From NCBI GenBank assembly GCA_004022145.1, contig RCNU01000002.1: a DNA stretch of 64,000 nt; one strand, written 5' to 3'. Source of the DNA: Paecilomyces variotii (taxonomy: Eukaryota). Positions 26,238 to 38,601 of the stretch are shown here, in pieces. The notes below the pieces were generated by a model. The model did no database searches, had not been told where the DNA came from, and worked only from the letters and a program-made list of their open reading frames with translations. The translations under genes and the position numbers were made by a program. Each line of letters begins with the position of its first letter. Within the stretch, counting starts at the first letter, position 1.

Positions 26238-28604
26238 ATGGAAGAAACACGCAAACGAAGACGGCTTTCGGAGAGCGGCAGCTTCCAGGTCGAAGATGCC
26301 GTTAAAGAAGCTATCAAAAATGACACAGTCGCTACTGAGCAGCAAAACACTCCATCTGCTGCTGCAGCTACTACTCGTCCACCGCGGAAAACGCTCTTCG
26401 TGCGATCTCTGCCCGCCTCCGCGACGACCGAGAGTTTGACCGAGTACTTCTCGCAGTCTTATGTGATCAAGCATGCAACTGTCGTTCTGGACCCGGAAAC
26501 GAAGCAATCGAAAGGCTACGGTTTCGTCTCCTTTGCCGATCTCGAAGATGCGCAGCGTGCTCTTGAGGAATTCAACGGGAGCGTTTTCGATGGGAAGAAA
26601 ATCAAAGTCGAATATGCCGAGCCTCGTCACCGAGAGGTCGACGAGACTGTTGGCAAGAGTCATCCCACTGCTGAGGCTCTCAAGTTGAAGGAGGAGAGAG
26701 AACGTCGGAAGGCGGAGACCCAGCCGCCTAAACTGATCGTGCGGAACTTGCCGTGGAGTATCAAAGAGCCGGATGATTTGGCTGTTTTGTTCAGAAGCTA
26801 CGGAAAGGTCAAGCATGCGGTCCTCCCTAAGAAGGGAAATCAACTCGCTGGGTTTGGATTTGTGGTTCTACGAGGCAGGAAAAATGCCGAGAAGGCGCTT
26901 GAAGGTGTCAATGGAAAGGAGGTCGATGGTAGGACAATCGCTGTCGACTGGGCAGTCGACAAGGAAACCTGGGAAAATGTACAGAAGACTGCGGAGGAAG
27001 ACGCCGACCCCAAACCGGAGGTCGACGGAGACGACGACGCCGCCGCATCAGCTCAAGATGAGGAACATCAGTGGGAAGACGCAAGCTCCGACGAAGAAGC
27101 CGAAGATAGCTCTGAGGAGGACGAAGATGTGGACATGGATGACGTGGAGGATGTAGATGATGACGAGGAAGAAGAAGAAGAAGAAGAGAAGGAAGATGAA
27201 AGAAATGCTTCGACAGTCTTCATTCGAAACCTACCATTCACGAGCACCGACGACTTACTATATGATCATTTCACCCGGTTCGGACCAGTGAGATATGCCA
27301 GAGTTGTTCTTGACCCCGAGACGGAGCGGCCCAAGGGAACCGGTTTTGTCTGCTTCTACAAGGTTGAAGATGCGGTCTCATGTGTACGGAACGCCCCTAA
27401 GCAGTTTGAGGTGCTGGCCGAGAAGGATAAATCCAAGCCATCCACGATAGTGAAGCACTCTGTTCTACAGAATGAGAACGCTGATCCGACCGGACAATAC
27501 ACCATGGACGGTCGTGTTCTGCAGGTCACGCGTGCTGTCAGCAAGTCTCAGGCTTCACGATTGCAGGAGGAAGGTGTCACGAAGCGACTTGCTAGAGACA
27601 CGGATAAGCGTCGTCTCTATCTTCTGTCCGAGGGTACGATTCCTTCTAACTCGGCTCTCTACAAGAAGCTTTCGCCTTCGGAGATCAAGATGCGCGAAGA
27701 CAGTCTCAAGCAGCGACAGACGCTCATCAAGAACAACCCGACGCTCCATCTCAGTCTCACCCGTCTTTCCGTCCGTAACATCCCACGACATATCACCTCC
27801 AAAGACCTGAAGGCTCTCGCCAGAGAAGCGGTCGTTGGCTTTGCCAAGGACGTCAAAGCAGGTCTCCGTCAGCCATTGTCCAAGGAGGAGCTGAAGCGAA
27901 GCGCCGACGAAATGAGGGAAGCCGAAAAGGAGCGGAAACTGAAGGGCAAGGGAATCGTCAAGCAGACCAAGATCGTCTTTGAGGGACGGGACGGCAGCAA
28001 AATCGATGAAAAGAGCAGTGCCGGAAGAAGCAGAGGTTATGGTTTCATCGAGTACGCCACTCACCGCAATGCCCTCATGGGTCTTCGCTGGCTCAATGGC
28101 CATGCTGTCGAGATGAAGCCCGAAAACGGCGAGAAGGGGAAGAAGAAGCGTCTCATTGTTGAATTTGCCATTGAGAATGCCCAGGTCGTCAAGCGAAGAA
28201 ACGAGCATCAAGCCAAGGTCCGCACTTCCAGCAAAACAGACAAGACGGACGATGACTCTCGGTCCGACGAGAAGGGAGGCCGCAAGGGATTCCAGAGAAG
28301 AGACCAGAGGAACGGTCAGAGAGGAGACCAGAGAAGAGACCAGAGGGGCGGTCAGAGAGGAGACCAGAGAAGAGACCAGAGGGGCGGTCAGAGAGCAGAC
28401 CAGAAGAGAGACCAGAAAGGGCCGCCAGGGAAGTTCAATCAAGGACTGAAACGGAAGAGGTCCGAGAGCGGCATCGACGAGAAGAAAACGGGGGACAAGG
28501 AGAAGGGTAAAGATCGCGGAGAAAAGGACAACGGTGTTGCAAAGAGGAATCGCATCATCGCGAAGAAGAGGATGCAGAGAAAGACGCGGAAAGGCAAGGC
28601 CTGA
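26238..28604 (+). CDS. nop4: Nucleolar RRM protein Nop4/RBM28 (60S biogenesis)
   Basis: Four RRMs (KGYGFV, GFGFV, KGTGFV, RSRGYGFIEY), acidic tract, DKRRLYLLSEG, RLIVEFAIEN. Confidence 0.95.
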   Translation: MEETRKRRRLSESGSFQVEDAVKEAIKNDTVATEQQNTPSAAAATTRPPRKTLFVRSLPASATTESLTEYFSQSYVIKHATVVLDPETKQSKGYGFVSFADLEDAQRALEEFNGSVFDGKKIKVEYAEPRHREVDETVGKSHPTAEALKLKEERERRKAETQPPKLIVRNLPWSIKEPDDLAVLFRSYGKVKHAVLPKKGNQLAGFGFVVLRGRKNAEKALEGVNGKEVDGRTIAVDWAVDKETWENVQKTAEEDADPKPEVDGDDDAAASAQDEEHQWEDASSDEEAEDSSEEDEDVDMDDVEDVDDDEEEEEEEEKEDERNASTVFIRNLPFTSTDDLLYDHFTRFGPVRYARVVLDPETERPKGTGFVCFYKVEDAVSCVRNAPKQFEVLAEKDKSKPSTIVKHSVLQNENADPTGQYTMDGRVLQVTRAVSKSQASRLQEEGVTKRLARDTDKRRLYLLSEGTIPSNSALYKKLSPSEIKMREDSLKQRQTLIKNNPTLHLSLTRLSVRNIPRHITSKDLKALAREAVVGFAKDVKAGLRQPLSKEELKRSADEMREAEKERKLKGKGIVKQTKIVFEGRDGSKIDEKSSAGRSRGYGFIEYATHRNALMGLRWLNGHAVEMKPENGEKGKKKRLIVEFAIENAQVVKRRNEHQAKVRTSSKTDKTDDDSRSDEKGGRKGFQRRDQRNGQRGDQRRDQRGGQRGDQRRDQRGGQRADQKRDQKGPPGKFNQGLKRKRSESGIDEKKTGDKEKGKDRGEKDNGVAKRNRIIAKKRMQRKTRKGKA
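28293..28415 (+). repeat. Coding minisatellite, 36-nt unit x ~3.4, in nop4
   Basis: cagagaagagaccagagg(aa/gg)cggtcagagag(g/c)agac x3, encoding QRRDQRxGQRxD. Confidence 0.9.
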
Positions 28605-28917
28605 TGTACAAAGTCTAGGGAAAAGTTTATGTCTTGAAAATATCCTTCATTATGTCTAATATATTCTACGGCGCTTCTGGTTGGAGCACCAATTCCACGA
28701 ACGTGTTTCTCCTTAGATGTCTTCGAATATAGTTGCCAGTAGTAGATCCGGTCCCAGAGTTGTAGCAGACTGCAGGCAACTCGATCTGATCTGGAAATGC
28801 AAAAGGAACAAAGATCATCTCTATTGAACAGCGTATGTCTATCTTGCCGTGACCATTCCATTATTCTCGGGTATTCGATTTGTTACTAGATCATTTACAA
28901 CGAGGCCCATAGCACAA

Positions 28918-29438
28918 TCACGTATTCGTAGCACCCACCACCTTTCCAACGATATTGTAGCGCTTGCTGAAAAACGTATACCACTCGCTCAGGACCGTCT
29001 TCTCCTTGTCATCGAGGTCATACCAATCGGGCCTGCAATCCTCAGGCTTCAGTGAGGAAGAGGCGAGTGCGCGTGAAGGGTCCTTGCCGGCGAAAACTGC
29101 AGGGAAACCACATCGTCAGCTTCTGCTGGAAAACTTCTAGTTGTGAATTTTCTCCGGGTGATAAACATACCGCGATATTGTCCCTCAGGTCCGTAGGCTG
29201 GGTTTCGAGAGACGTCGAACACGACACCTTTGATAGCGACCAAGGTTGGGCGACTCGGGTCGGTGCCTGGGTGCTTTGCGATCAGTATACGTTTGCGTGC
29301 ATCGATAATCGATGGGGGTATACACTCACCATCACATTTTGATAGCTCCTCGTAAGTAATGGGGTCGTCCTTGGGAGGGTCCAGCTGGACAGGCTGTTTC
29401 GGGTTGAATTGTTTCGGTTCCGGCTCGTGGCTCGACAT
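28918..29438 (-). CDS. Cytochrome b5-like heme/steroid-binding (MAPR family) protein; 3 exons
   Basis: Spliced ITYEELSKCDG|TDPSRPTLVAIKGVVFDVS..YGPEGQYR|VFAGKDPSRALA...LSEWYTFFSKRYNIVGKV. Confidence 0.9.
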
Positions 29439-30222
29439 TGTATCTGCCAATTCCAATGGGATACCCGAAAAGAGTCTCAATAGCTGATTACTCTAAATGT
29501 GCGACGGGAAGTGCCAGACAAGATGCGCATTCACGGGAATAATAATAATGTTTCCGTCGAAGAAAGCAAAGCTCCGACTGAAAGCCGCAAAACAAACGCG
29601 GGGTTTTCGGAGAGGGCGGGGTTTGTCTTCCATGGTTAATTAATTAAGTATGGCGAGCTCGTCTCTCGGGAACGAGAAATTCAACCAAACATATTCAGGT
29701 GATTTGATTGCACTTCTTTGCCCTAGCGGCATATAATCTGTCGGTGCTATATTCATTGCATATTATCATTATCAGGGGGTAGATGACTGTTGCCTGATAG
29801 GTCATAGTTATGCAGCCTCTGGAAACCGATGGACCTAGGCATGCAGACGATCGCTGTTCATGGACTAGGATTATAGATATGGCAATATTGTCAGAAGTTA
29901 TAGTTATTCCACTCTATTGTTATAAACCACATATAGACTGCATCTGGGAAGAGAGAGCAGTATACTCTTCGTTATAGAGAATCTTCAGTACGGTCACCAC
30001 TGCGCACCTTCCTCTTCCGTAGAAGCAACCAGTACAACACGAGCACAATCTTTTCTTCTCTTCTCATCCTTTTCCTTTTCCTTTTCCTTTTCTTCTCATC
30101 ATCATTCCATCCGGGAGACTTCTCCTCGATTTCTCTCTATCGATCCTGATCTTTACGCGAACATCTGAGTTTATTTATGTCCTACGAGATACTCTCGACT
30201 CCTTGCGGAGCGTCTTACGCAT

Positions 30223-30318
30223 CTTATCTGGCACTCCAGACATGGCCAAGAGATAAATGGCTGGAATGCTCGCCCTATCAGGGAAAAGCTGTCCCGGATT
30301 GCAGGGAGAATCTGATAA
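30223..30318. promoter_or_regulatory. Cluster of three HGATAR (AreA/GATA-type) sites upstream of the permease
   Basis: CTTATC 30223, AGATAA 30251 and TGATAA 30313 within 100 bp; the motif is short, so function is inferred. Confidence 0.35.
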
Positions 30319-30975
30319 GATGAGAAGCCCAGTCTGTCAAGGTGGACTACGAGATTGAACAGAGGTCTGGTTCGGTTCCTACAAACCACACCATGCAGAA
30401 GCGCATCATGTCGATTTCCTCCAGTCTCCCCGTATGATGGACGAGCAGAATATCCGATTAACAAAGGAGCGCGGTATCGTTATATCGCTGTTCGCCGCAT
30501 AAGGAAGATACCGAAGAACATACCTCGGCCCAGAAAACCGATAAAAATCGAATCCGGGTCCTATTCCTCTCCCGGCAACGCTTCGTCCGGTCCCGCGTCG
30601 AGGGGCCGGGCAAAGACTGGGGGTGGCCGTCATAAACCGTCGATAGCCAATTGTTCGTTGCTTTCGTTGCTCTAGACTAGTATGAGGGCAGCGGGTTGCT
30701 GTTACCTTGAAAACTTGCGCTGTCCCGGTGGAGCATATCAGGTTAAGCCGCACATGGAGTCTTCCGTTTTCTACAGTTTTTCATTATTATTTTCTTGCCC
30801 CTAGTGGTTCGCCCCATTGTATCTGTCTCCATGACATGCCACTGGTCTGGGGACAATAAATACCGTTCTCCGGAGCTATTTCTACTTAACGGGGCGCGGT
30901 TCTGTCTGTCTCGATTTTCTCGTCTGCTGCCCTCCCGACTGCTCTGCTCTGCTCTGCCAGCGCCGCCATTGACCG

Positions 30976-33467
30976 ATGGCAGTCGATTCGGAGGCCCCCA
31001 ATGGGCCAATTTCTCATACGGCCCTAGCTGCTGCCATCAGTAATAATGGTGATTACCCCACCATCGTGCCTGATCCGGAGTCAGTCAGTTTAGCCTCGAA
31101 GCGGGCCAAAGGGACAACAGTCAGCGAAAAGGCCAAAATTGTCGAAGACAACGCAGATTCTGTCTTGAACGTTTCCATCCAGGAGGGCACCGATCATACA
31201 CACCGTAGGTTGAAGCCGAGACACATACAACTGATCGGTATCGGTGGGACTATCGGTACAGCCTTATACGTTCAGATCGGGCAAGGCTTGATGCATGGCG
31301 GCCCCGCAAGTTTATTCATAGCATTTGCATTCTGGTAAGTACCTACTCATTGCTTGCTCTATTAATCGTTATGCTCCACGGTTCTTGGGAAGTTGCGATC
31401 CAGGAGTGGTTCTGCAATGAATTGGCTTGATATCCAGGAAAGCTGCAATCTATATGTTGGCACAGCGGACAATCCTGTTTCCGATGATCAGAATGGAATC
31501 AGCTTGGAGATTTCTTGCTTTTGGACGTCGAATCTTATACTGCTATTGTATAGGTGTACTTTTATCTGCGCAATTACTGTCTGTAAGACATCCCACTGCC
31601 CTGTTCTTGAACTGAGCCCTTGCAATGTTATCCACGGCCTTTCTCCCAACCGAACCGGCTGCGGCGACGTATTGTCCCTCCTACCGAGAGCGCCCCTGCA
31701 TGAGAACCCGGTCAGCCCAAAAAGCGCCAAACTCGTCTCATCGCCTGTCCTGCGCAGGTTCGGTTCCATCTGAGATGGTATCTGGATTGCTAGCTTGTTC
31801 CCTCTGAAAGATCTATAGCCCTTGGAAGTAAGCATGTGCTAAAATGTAGGATCCTCCGATCTATAGGTATGGCCGAAATGGTGACATATCTGCCGATATC
31901 GTCGCCTTTCGTTCGATTTGCGGGCCGCTATGTCGACGAGGCTTTCGGAGTCGCGGCCGGATACAACTTCTTCATCTTCGAGGCTGCGTTAGTGCCCTTC
32001 GAAGTCACCGCGTGCAACATGATCATCAATTACTGGAGCGATGCAGTCCCTGTAGGTGGAATCATTGCGATCATACTGGTCCTTTACGCGTGAGTGTCCC
32101 TACAAAGCCGCTGTCTAACCTGTAATGCGATAATCCTGCGTACACGGGAGCTCTAATACCTGGTCATAGTCTCCTCAACATCTTTGCCGTCAAGTGGTAC
32201 GGTGAATCCGAGTTCTGGTTGGCTATAGGCAAGGTGCTGCTTAGTTCCGGTCTGATTCTGTACACGTTTATCACCATGGTAGGGGGCAACCCCTTGGGTG
32301 ATCGCTTTGGGTTCAGATACTGGAAGAACCCGGGCTCTTTTGCAGAGTATTACAAAGAAGGGCATCTGGGTAAATGGCTCGGATTTCTGCAGTGCCTTAT
32401 CACGGCAAGTTTTACTATGGCAGGGCCCGATTACGTCTCTATGGCTGCTGGGGAGGCGGAAAATCCACGCAAGGTGATGCCAAAGGCGTTCAATGGTGTT
32501 TTCTATCGACTCACTGCTTTTTTCGTTCTCGGAGTCCTGTGCGTTGGTATACTGGTACCGTATAATGATCCTACGATGACAGCAGCCTTTGAACAGGGGC
32601 TACCAGGCGCTGCTGCGTCGCCATATGTCGTTTCGATGGACCGACTGCATATCCCAGTGCTGCCGCACATTGTCAATGCCATGATTCTCACAGCCTGTTT
32701 TAGCGCAGGGAACAGCTATGTTTATTGTGCTAGCAGAAGTCTGTACGGTCTGGCACTCGAGGGCAAAGCGCCCCGAGTCCTGGCCCGGTGCACGAAGAAT
32801 GGAGTACCCATTTACTGCGTTACTATTGTCCTGGTGATTGCTCTATTGAGCTTCCTGCAGGTATCTAATAGCGCTTCGGTCGTGCTAGACTGGTTCGTTA
32901 ATCTTGTATGCAATCCAACGACCCCCCTCAGAGATTCATAATGTCATCGTCAACGTATTCTGACAGGTGGATAGGTGACGGCCTCCCAACTTATCAACTA
33001 CGCAGTTATCTCCTTCACATTCATCCGGTTCAAGAAGGCACTGGACAAGCAGGGCATCTCGCGTGATTCCTTGCCCTACAAGGGTCGTTTTCAGCCATTC
33101 CTCGCCTGGTATGCCCTGGCGGGCACATTCACCATGGCGTTTGTTGGTGGCTACACCGTCTTCCTCCCGGGGAACTGGGACGTCCCAACCTTCTTCTTTT
33201 CCTACACCATGATCGGCGTCTTCCCCATTTTATATATTGGGTGGAAGCTTATCCGACGAACGGAATTCAGAAAGCCTGAAAAAGTTGATCTCAAGACCGG
33301 AGTCGCTGAGATTGATGAATATACCCAGAACTATATACCTACTCCTCCTAGGTGAGTGTCCAGTCGTTTTCCTCAATTTTTCTCATCGGTGGGATGGGTA
33401 AGCTAACGATAATTTTCCTTTTTTAAGAAACGCATTCGTCAAGTGGTTTAATATCCTTCTCGGTTGA
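30976..33467 (+). CDS. Amino-acid permease (APC/YAT family); 6 exons including a 29-nt microexon 31554-31582
   Basis: RRLKPRHIQLIGIGGTIGTAL, MAEMVTYLP, YGESEFW, AAGEAENPRK, SAGNSYVYCASRSLYGLA, LPYKGRFQP. Confidence 0.95.
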
Positions 33468-33919
33468 TAGTCAGATGATAGAACTTAAAGTTTACTCCAT
33501 GAGCTCATTTGAATTTGGCATTTACAGCAGTTTCAACCGAGAGGTGTAGCTCCGTTGATGCATAAATATTACCAATATATTCTCTTCTTTTATTCACATG
33601 CATAGCGGACATGGATTGTCAACTATAATTCATCTATGCTCATTAATTCTTAACTTTAAACATTTATCGGTCGTGCGCATCTATTATTCGGCTCTCAGTG
33701 CTTGACTCGCCAAGAAAGTAATCTATAAAAAAAAAATAATATGAAGAAGTAAAAAAAAAATGCAAAAATCCAGTTTTCTTTCCATCGGGTATCCAAAATA
33801 GTCCAGGGGTCCTAAGGACCTTATGCTGAAAAAAAAACAAAAAGACGGGTATATTATAAAAGAGCAATCGTTAAGAATAAATGTTTATATGTATGCACAG
33901 ACAACTAGATAGATAGGTG

Positions 33920-34838
33920 TTAGTTAGCAAACGGCGATTGTGAGAGATAGATAGATAGACATGGAAACAAAAGTGACATACATAGGAGGAGGAGGATTAT
34001 GAGATATGTTGGAGTCTGGAGTATGTTCTTGGGAGCAGCGTTGGATTTTGAAGGTGAAGTGGGAGTTGCTGTTGTATCTGCCTTTGCGGGGTTTGTGATT
34101 GAAATTGGATTTGCGGATGCTGACGCTGATGAATATGCAGATGCAGATGCGGATAAAGATAAAGATGTAGATGCGGATACAGTCGCAGACGCAGACGCAG
34201 TCGGAGTCGCCATCACAATCATAGTCGCTGTTTCAGTAACAGTAACTGGAACACCAGCTCTACATACACACACACAGAGAGAGAGGTTAGTCAACGAAAT
34301 TGTACTTTTCTCATGGACCAGCCCACGAGAAGAAAGACGGAAGATAAGGAAGGAGATAAGGATTGCATACATAACAGATGGCCAACCATCAACATAGTCA
34401 AGATAATTGTATCCGAGCTGGGCTTGCTATTCTCACACACACGTCAATTAGCATGTTTTTGTTTCCACGCTTAACTATTTCCGGGTATTCTCACATCGTA
34501 ATTTAGACCAATGTCCTCGTTTACTATTATATTATATATGGATTAGTATAAAAGAAAGTTTGCAGGAAACTGGGGGAGGGGTCCAACTCAACCTACAGTA
34601 ATGATAATAAAGTATATCAAAATCACCAGTTTCTGCTCCACTCATTATTCCCTGTCCACCTGGTGCGTAGACCACGCCGTTATTGTTCGAGCCATATATG
34701 ATGGTGCCGCCGCCGTCTGTGAGGTTCGTGCCTGATTCGTCTACGTATGGACCTTGGATGGTGGCGGATCTGCCGACGCGAATGGAGTATCTGTGCGAGG
34801 TTAGTTTCTGGTGTTATTTGATAGTAATAGGGGTGGGT

Positions 34839-34872
<34 letters not shown>

Positions 34873-35749
34873 AAAAAGGAATGAATGGATGGATGGGTGA
34901 AATATCAACGTACTCATCACCAGCTGGAGGAAGAGTCGACTCGAAATTACAACACTGTCCATGGCTAAACCAGAGATAATACCACGGTTCTCGATAATAC
35001 ATAAACGACCCCTCGACAGGACGTGTTCCATCCGGCTCTCTCGTAGCCGGATATGATTTCAGAAACGCATTATCTTCTCCAGGAAGAATGTCGTAAGCAA
35101 GATTCACCGCGTCGGGGTCTTCTCTGTCTTCAACCGACGTCAACTGCGAGGCGAGAGGTGCCTGCCAGATATTGGTCCAATAGCTCCCCCAAGCCAGGTA
35201 TGGTTGACCATTTTTCGGATCGATCAGGACACTAGGGTCGATAGCATTCGATGCACTGTAAGGATAGTTGCTGCTGAAGAGACCCGTACCCGTTGCGATG
35301 ATTTCTCCAAGATCAGTCCAAGGACCCCGGTCGATATCCGCAGTGATCGCTACTCCAATGGAGCTCTCCCGTGTTCCATCCCGGCTAACTGCGTAATAGC
35401 AGTAAAAGGACCCGTTGTACTCCATCACGTTTGGGGCCCATGGGTCTTCTCGGCCTTCTCTTTGAATCACACTTGGTCCATTTAACACTGTGCCTAGCGA
35501 TTCCCATGGTCCGCTCATGTTACTCGCCTTGAAATAGGGGATAGATACCCCTCCAGTGAAGGCGTAGTAGTTGTTGTTGTAGCGGATAACGCTGGGGTCA
35601 TGGACTTGAAGATTTCCTTGTAGGGCTATTGGATACCCAGTTGTTTGTACGGGGCTTCCAACGCCGACTGTTCCTGATGCGACAGGAGGGGCCGCATTCA
35701 CAGGAGAAATGAAAGCCAGGCTCAAGGCCACCAAAGATAGGAGAACCAT
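33920..35749 (-). CDS. GH43 endo-1,5-alpha-L-arabinanase with C-terminal Ser/Thr/Ala stalk and GPI-like tail; 5 exons
   Basis: Signal peptide; [55 protein letters not shown]; the final exon gives an S/T/A-rich region and hydrophobic end. Confidence 0.88.
34842..34869. repeat. (TA)14 microsatellite in intron 1 of the GH43 gene
   Basis: Direct reading of the sequence. Confidence 0.95.
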
Positions 35750-38124
35750 TTGGTAAGCTCTATGTTCGATGGATGCGAACATGACAAGAATGATAAAAGA
35801 CGATGCGAAGTTGGTGTGCTAGTAATAGAGATGCGCCGCAAGGTTTTTTATTCAAAAGCATTGGCATTTGACGACAAATCCGAGCTAGCTGGCATTCAAT
35901 GGTCAGGAACAATGGTTCTAGTGGGATATCAGTCAGTCAAGTCAGTCAATGGTCGGCTTACGACGATGCTACTCAGTCAGGCTATTTAGAAACTGCATCA
36001 CATACGATTCCTCAAGCACACTGGGCGCTATACGACAGGTCCAGTCGTCCCGAGACTAACGCTGACCAAAGAATCCATCAAGGAGAGTGGGAGCTAGTGC
36101 AAGGTCAAAAAGAGAAAAAAGAGAAAAAAGACGCATATAATGTATGGCCTGCTGGTAGAATACTTAAGGCCCAGCGACTAGCGGCATACAGAACTTGGAG
36201 AACAGCCGGCTGTATCCCTGACAAGCCTTAGAAGAGAAAGGAATGACAATAATGGGTAAGGAAACGAAGGTGAGTGGAAAATAAAAACCAATATAAGCAT
36301 ATAAGCGCCAGCGAGGGGGGCGAAGCAAAAAAGCAAAGGCCCAGACGAATCCCAACCCCTGCCAAACTGATTGCCTAACAAGCCAAGAGAGACCAACGTG
36401 CAGCCAGTTTTAACTACTCTAAGTAGAAAACCCAGAAAGTCTAGAATGCCAATATTCTCGCCTCTTTTCCTCTTCAGGCAGAAACTATGAGATCCATAGG
36501 CAGCCAAGAGGAGACTGATCGACGAATCCCTGTCATGGGCTAGAAGAGATGCTGTCCACAACACCAAATGATAAACCAACGAGAGTCGTTCTAACATGGC
36601 GTTGATGGTCCAGATTGTCTTTGTCCTGTCTTGGTATACATGTTGAGAATCCGCACTAAAAAGCTTGACACCGACGGCGTCTTCAATGATTGCCACTAAG
36701 TTCTAACCGCCGGTCGATCTGCACCCAGCCCTGGATGGATTTGCACTATGAAATTGGGATAGCGATGGCGAAACAACAGGCTTTGGCGCCGTTGTGGTCC
36801 CCTCGTAGGACTTCTATCCTGGAATCCGGCTTTGCCGGGCTGTGCTGGCTTGGCTCGTCTAAAAACCTTCTCTCCTTGCGGCTGATTATTATTATTTATT
36901 CTCAACTAACTAAAATAATATGCATCAGTGTGTTGTCAGCACTAGATAGGGTCATGGCTCGGAGTTCAGTCTGATTGATCTTCTTAACCGAGATTGTGAG
37001 TTGGTCCTCCTTATCGCCGCCAAGCGCTCAGCTGGTTTCGCAGGGGTTAATTAATACCTGAAACGAATTGAAACAGCCAAGTTAGGGATCAGTGTTACAC
37101 TTAAATTCAGGCACTAGCCATGATAAATGATGATCCCGGCGATAATAATCGTGCAAATTATACCTGAGGCGCAGGAGGTCGATTAAAGCTGGCTAAACTA
37201 ACACTCATCCCCTTCTCAATCAATAATAGTTAAGTTACACACCAGTGCGACCCGAGGTCGTCCCATTTGCAGCTGTCACACCGCCGTTATTGTTATCAAA
37301 GCGACTAGATACGAAAGTACTATGATAAAAAAGGCCGAGACTTAGGGATTCGAGGAAGAATCGGTCAAAATCCCTGCCGAAGACTTCTGACTCGGTGAAG
37401 ATATCAACCTTGGCCAACCTTGACAACGGTCTAAGTACCACCTCGCCCAAGGTCCCCCTAAACCCTACTTCTAGTCGTGATGAACGGACTAAAAAGAACC
37501 CACTGCTCGTACATCTTATTCCCCTCGTCCGTTCGTCCTCACCCGTAATCTCCCATTGGCAGTTCAATTAAGCGCCGTCGCCTTATGGTATTTCCATCGG
37601 CTGTCCTAACAATGTTGTCAACAGTTAGCCTGACCAGGCAGCAAGAGAAGTTACACCCTATCCGACAACATGGGGAAACAATTCCAAATATTGTTATCGA
37701 AAGGCTATTCTGGAACTAAAAAAAAAAAAAAAAAAAGAACAAGGGCTGAGACTTGTTTTTTGACTTTTTATTTCTTGGTATCAACTTTGATTTGTTTGAT
37801 TATGTTGAATGGCCCTGTCTTTCCACATCAAAAAATTACATTAGCTAGTTATAGACTATGGTCAATAATGATATAATGCTTGTTTTTCCCTGGCTTTCGT
37901 GCGCCATACAAGAAAACGCAATGACCACTCCGTAACTGTTTGTTCTCCTTGAGCTAATTCCCCGAAACGCCGAAATTATGGAGTAATAGGTACATTCGTA
38001 TATCTCGTTCCATGCATAAAACTCAAGACGAAGAAGAAGAAAACAAAAAAGGGTAGGACACATCCCACCGGCGCATCACCGTCAACGATGCAGACGTCGT
38101 CTCAAATCACGACTTGTCCAAGCT

Positions 38125-38601
38125 TTATTCAGCCTTCTCCCCTTCATTATTCGCCGCATTGAGCGCGTCCCTCCTCAACTGATTCCTCTTCCCCAGAATA
38201 CGCAGGGTATTCTTCTTCTCGATCTCCGTCATTTTATCCCAGTTCGCAATCCGGCTGAGCGTTCCATCGCGATTCACCACCAACGGGCCCAGGTGGTCGA
38301 GCTTGACGGAGCTGCCGGAGCCGGAGACGTCGAGTTTCTGCGCGTCCTCTTCGGCAGGTGGGAGGGCGAGAGGGGAGGAGTCGGCGTTGGTGGTGGAGTT
38401 TTCGGTGGACGAGGAGGCTTCTTGCTGGGTCTTGGGGTCTGAATTGGCGGCCATGTTGGTTGATGAGGTGTGAGAAAAGAGTCTGGTAGTGGTAGTTGTA
38501 GTGGCGGTGGATGACCGAGACTGGAACGTCGCTCGTGGGATAGAAGAAGGAGCAGAGAATAGTTGCGCAGCTCGACGATACAAGCTTTGATAAATGGACA
38601 T
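38125..38601 (-). CDS. Small conserved-looking fungal protein, possible mitochondrial presequence (alternative start 38454)
   Basis: Core VKLDHLGPLVVNRDGTLSRIANWDKMTEIEKKNTLRILGKRN resembles a conserved family of unknown function; Arg/Ser/Thr-rich N-terminus. Confidence 0.75.
   Translation of the reverse strand: MSIYQSLYRRAAQLFSAPSSIPRATFQSRSSTATTTTTTRLFSHTSSTNMAANSDPKTQQEASSSTENSTTNADSSPLALPPAEEDAQKLDVSGSGSSVKLDHLGPLVVNRDGTLSRIANWDKMTEIEKKNTLRILGKRNQLRRDALNAANNEGEKAE

Noticed and set aside
27555-28442. 295-aa antisense ORF with repeats
   Set aside because: Shadow of the nop4 coding strand and its minisatellite.
31690-31820. Complete TPP riboswitch in the permease intron
   Set aside because: Lacks the ATAC / AACTTGAT / TAAT..CAGCG core in the correct order; only scattered words match.
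37191-37197. GGCTAAA XlnR-type site upstream of the GH43 gene
   Set aside because: Single 7-mer 1.4 kb away; expected by chance.
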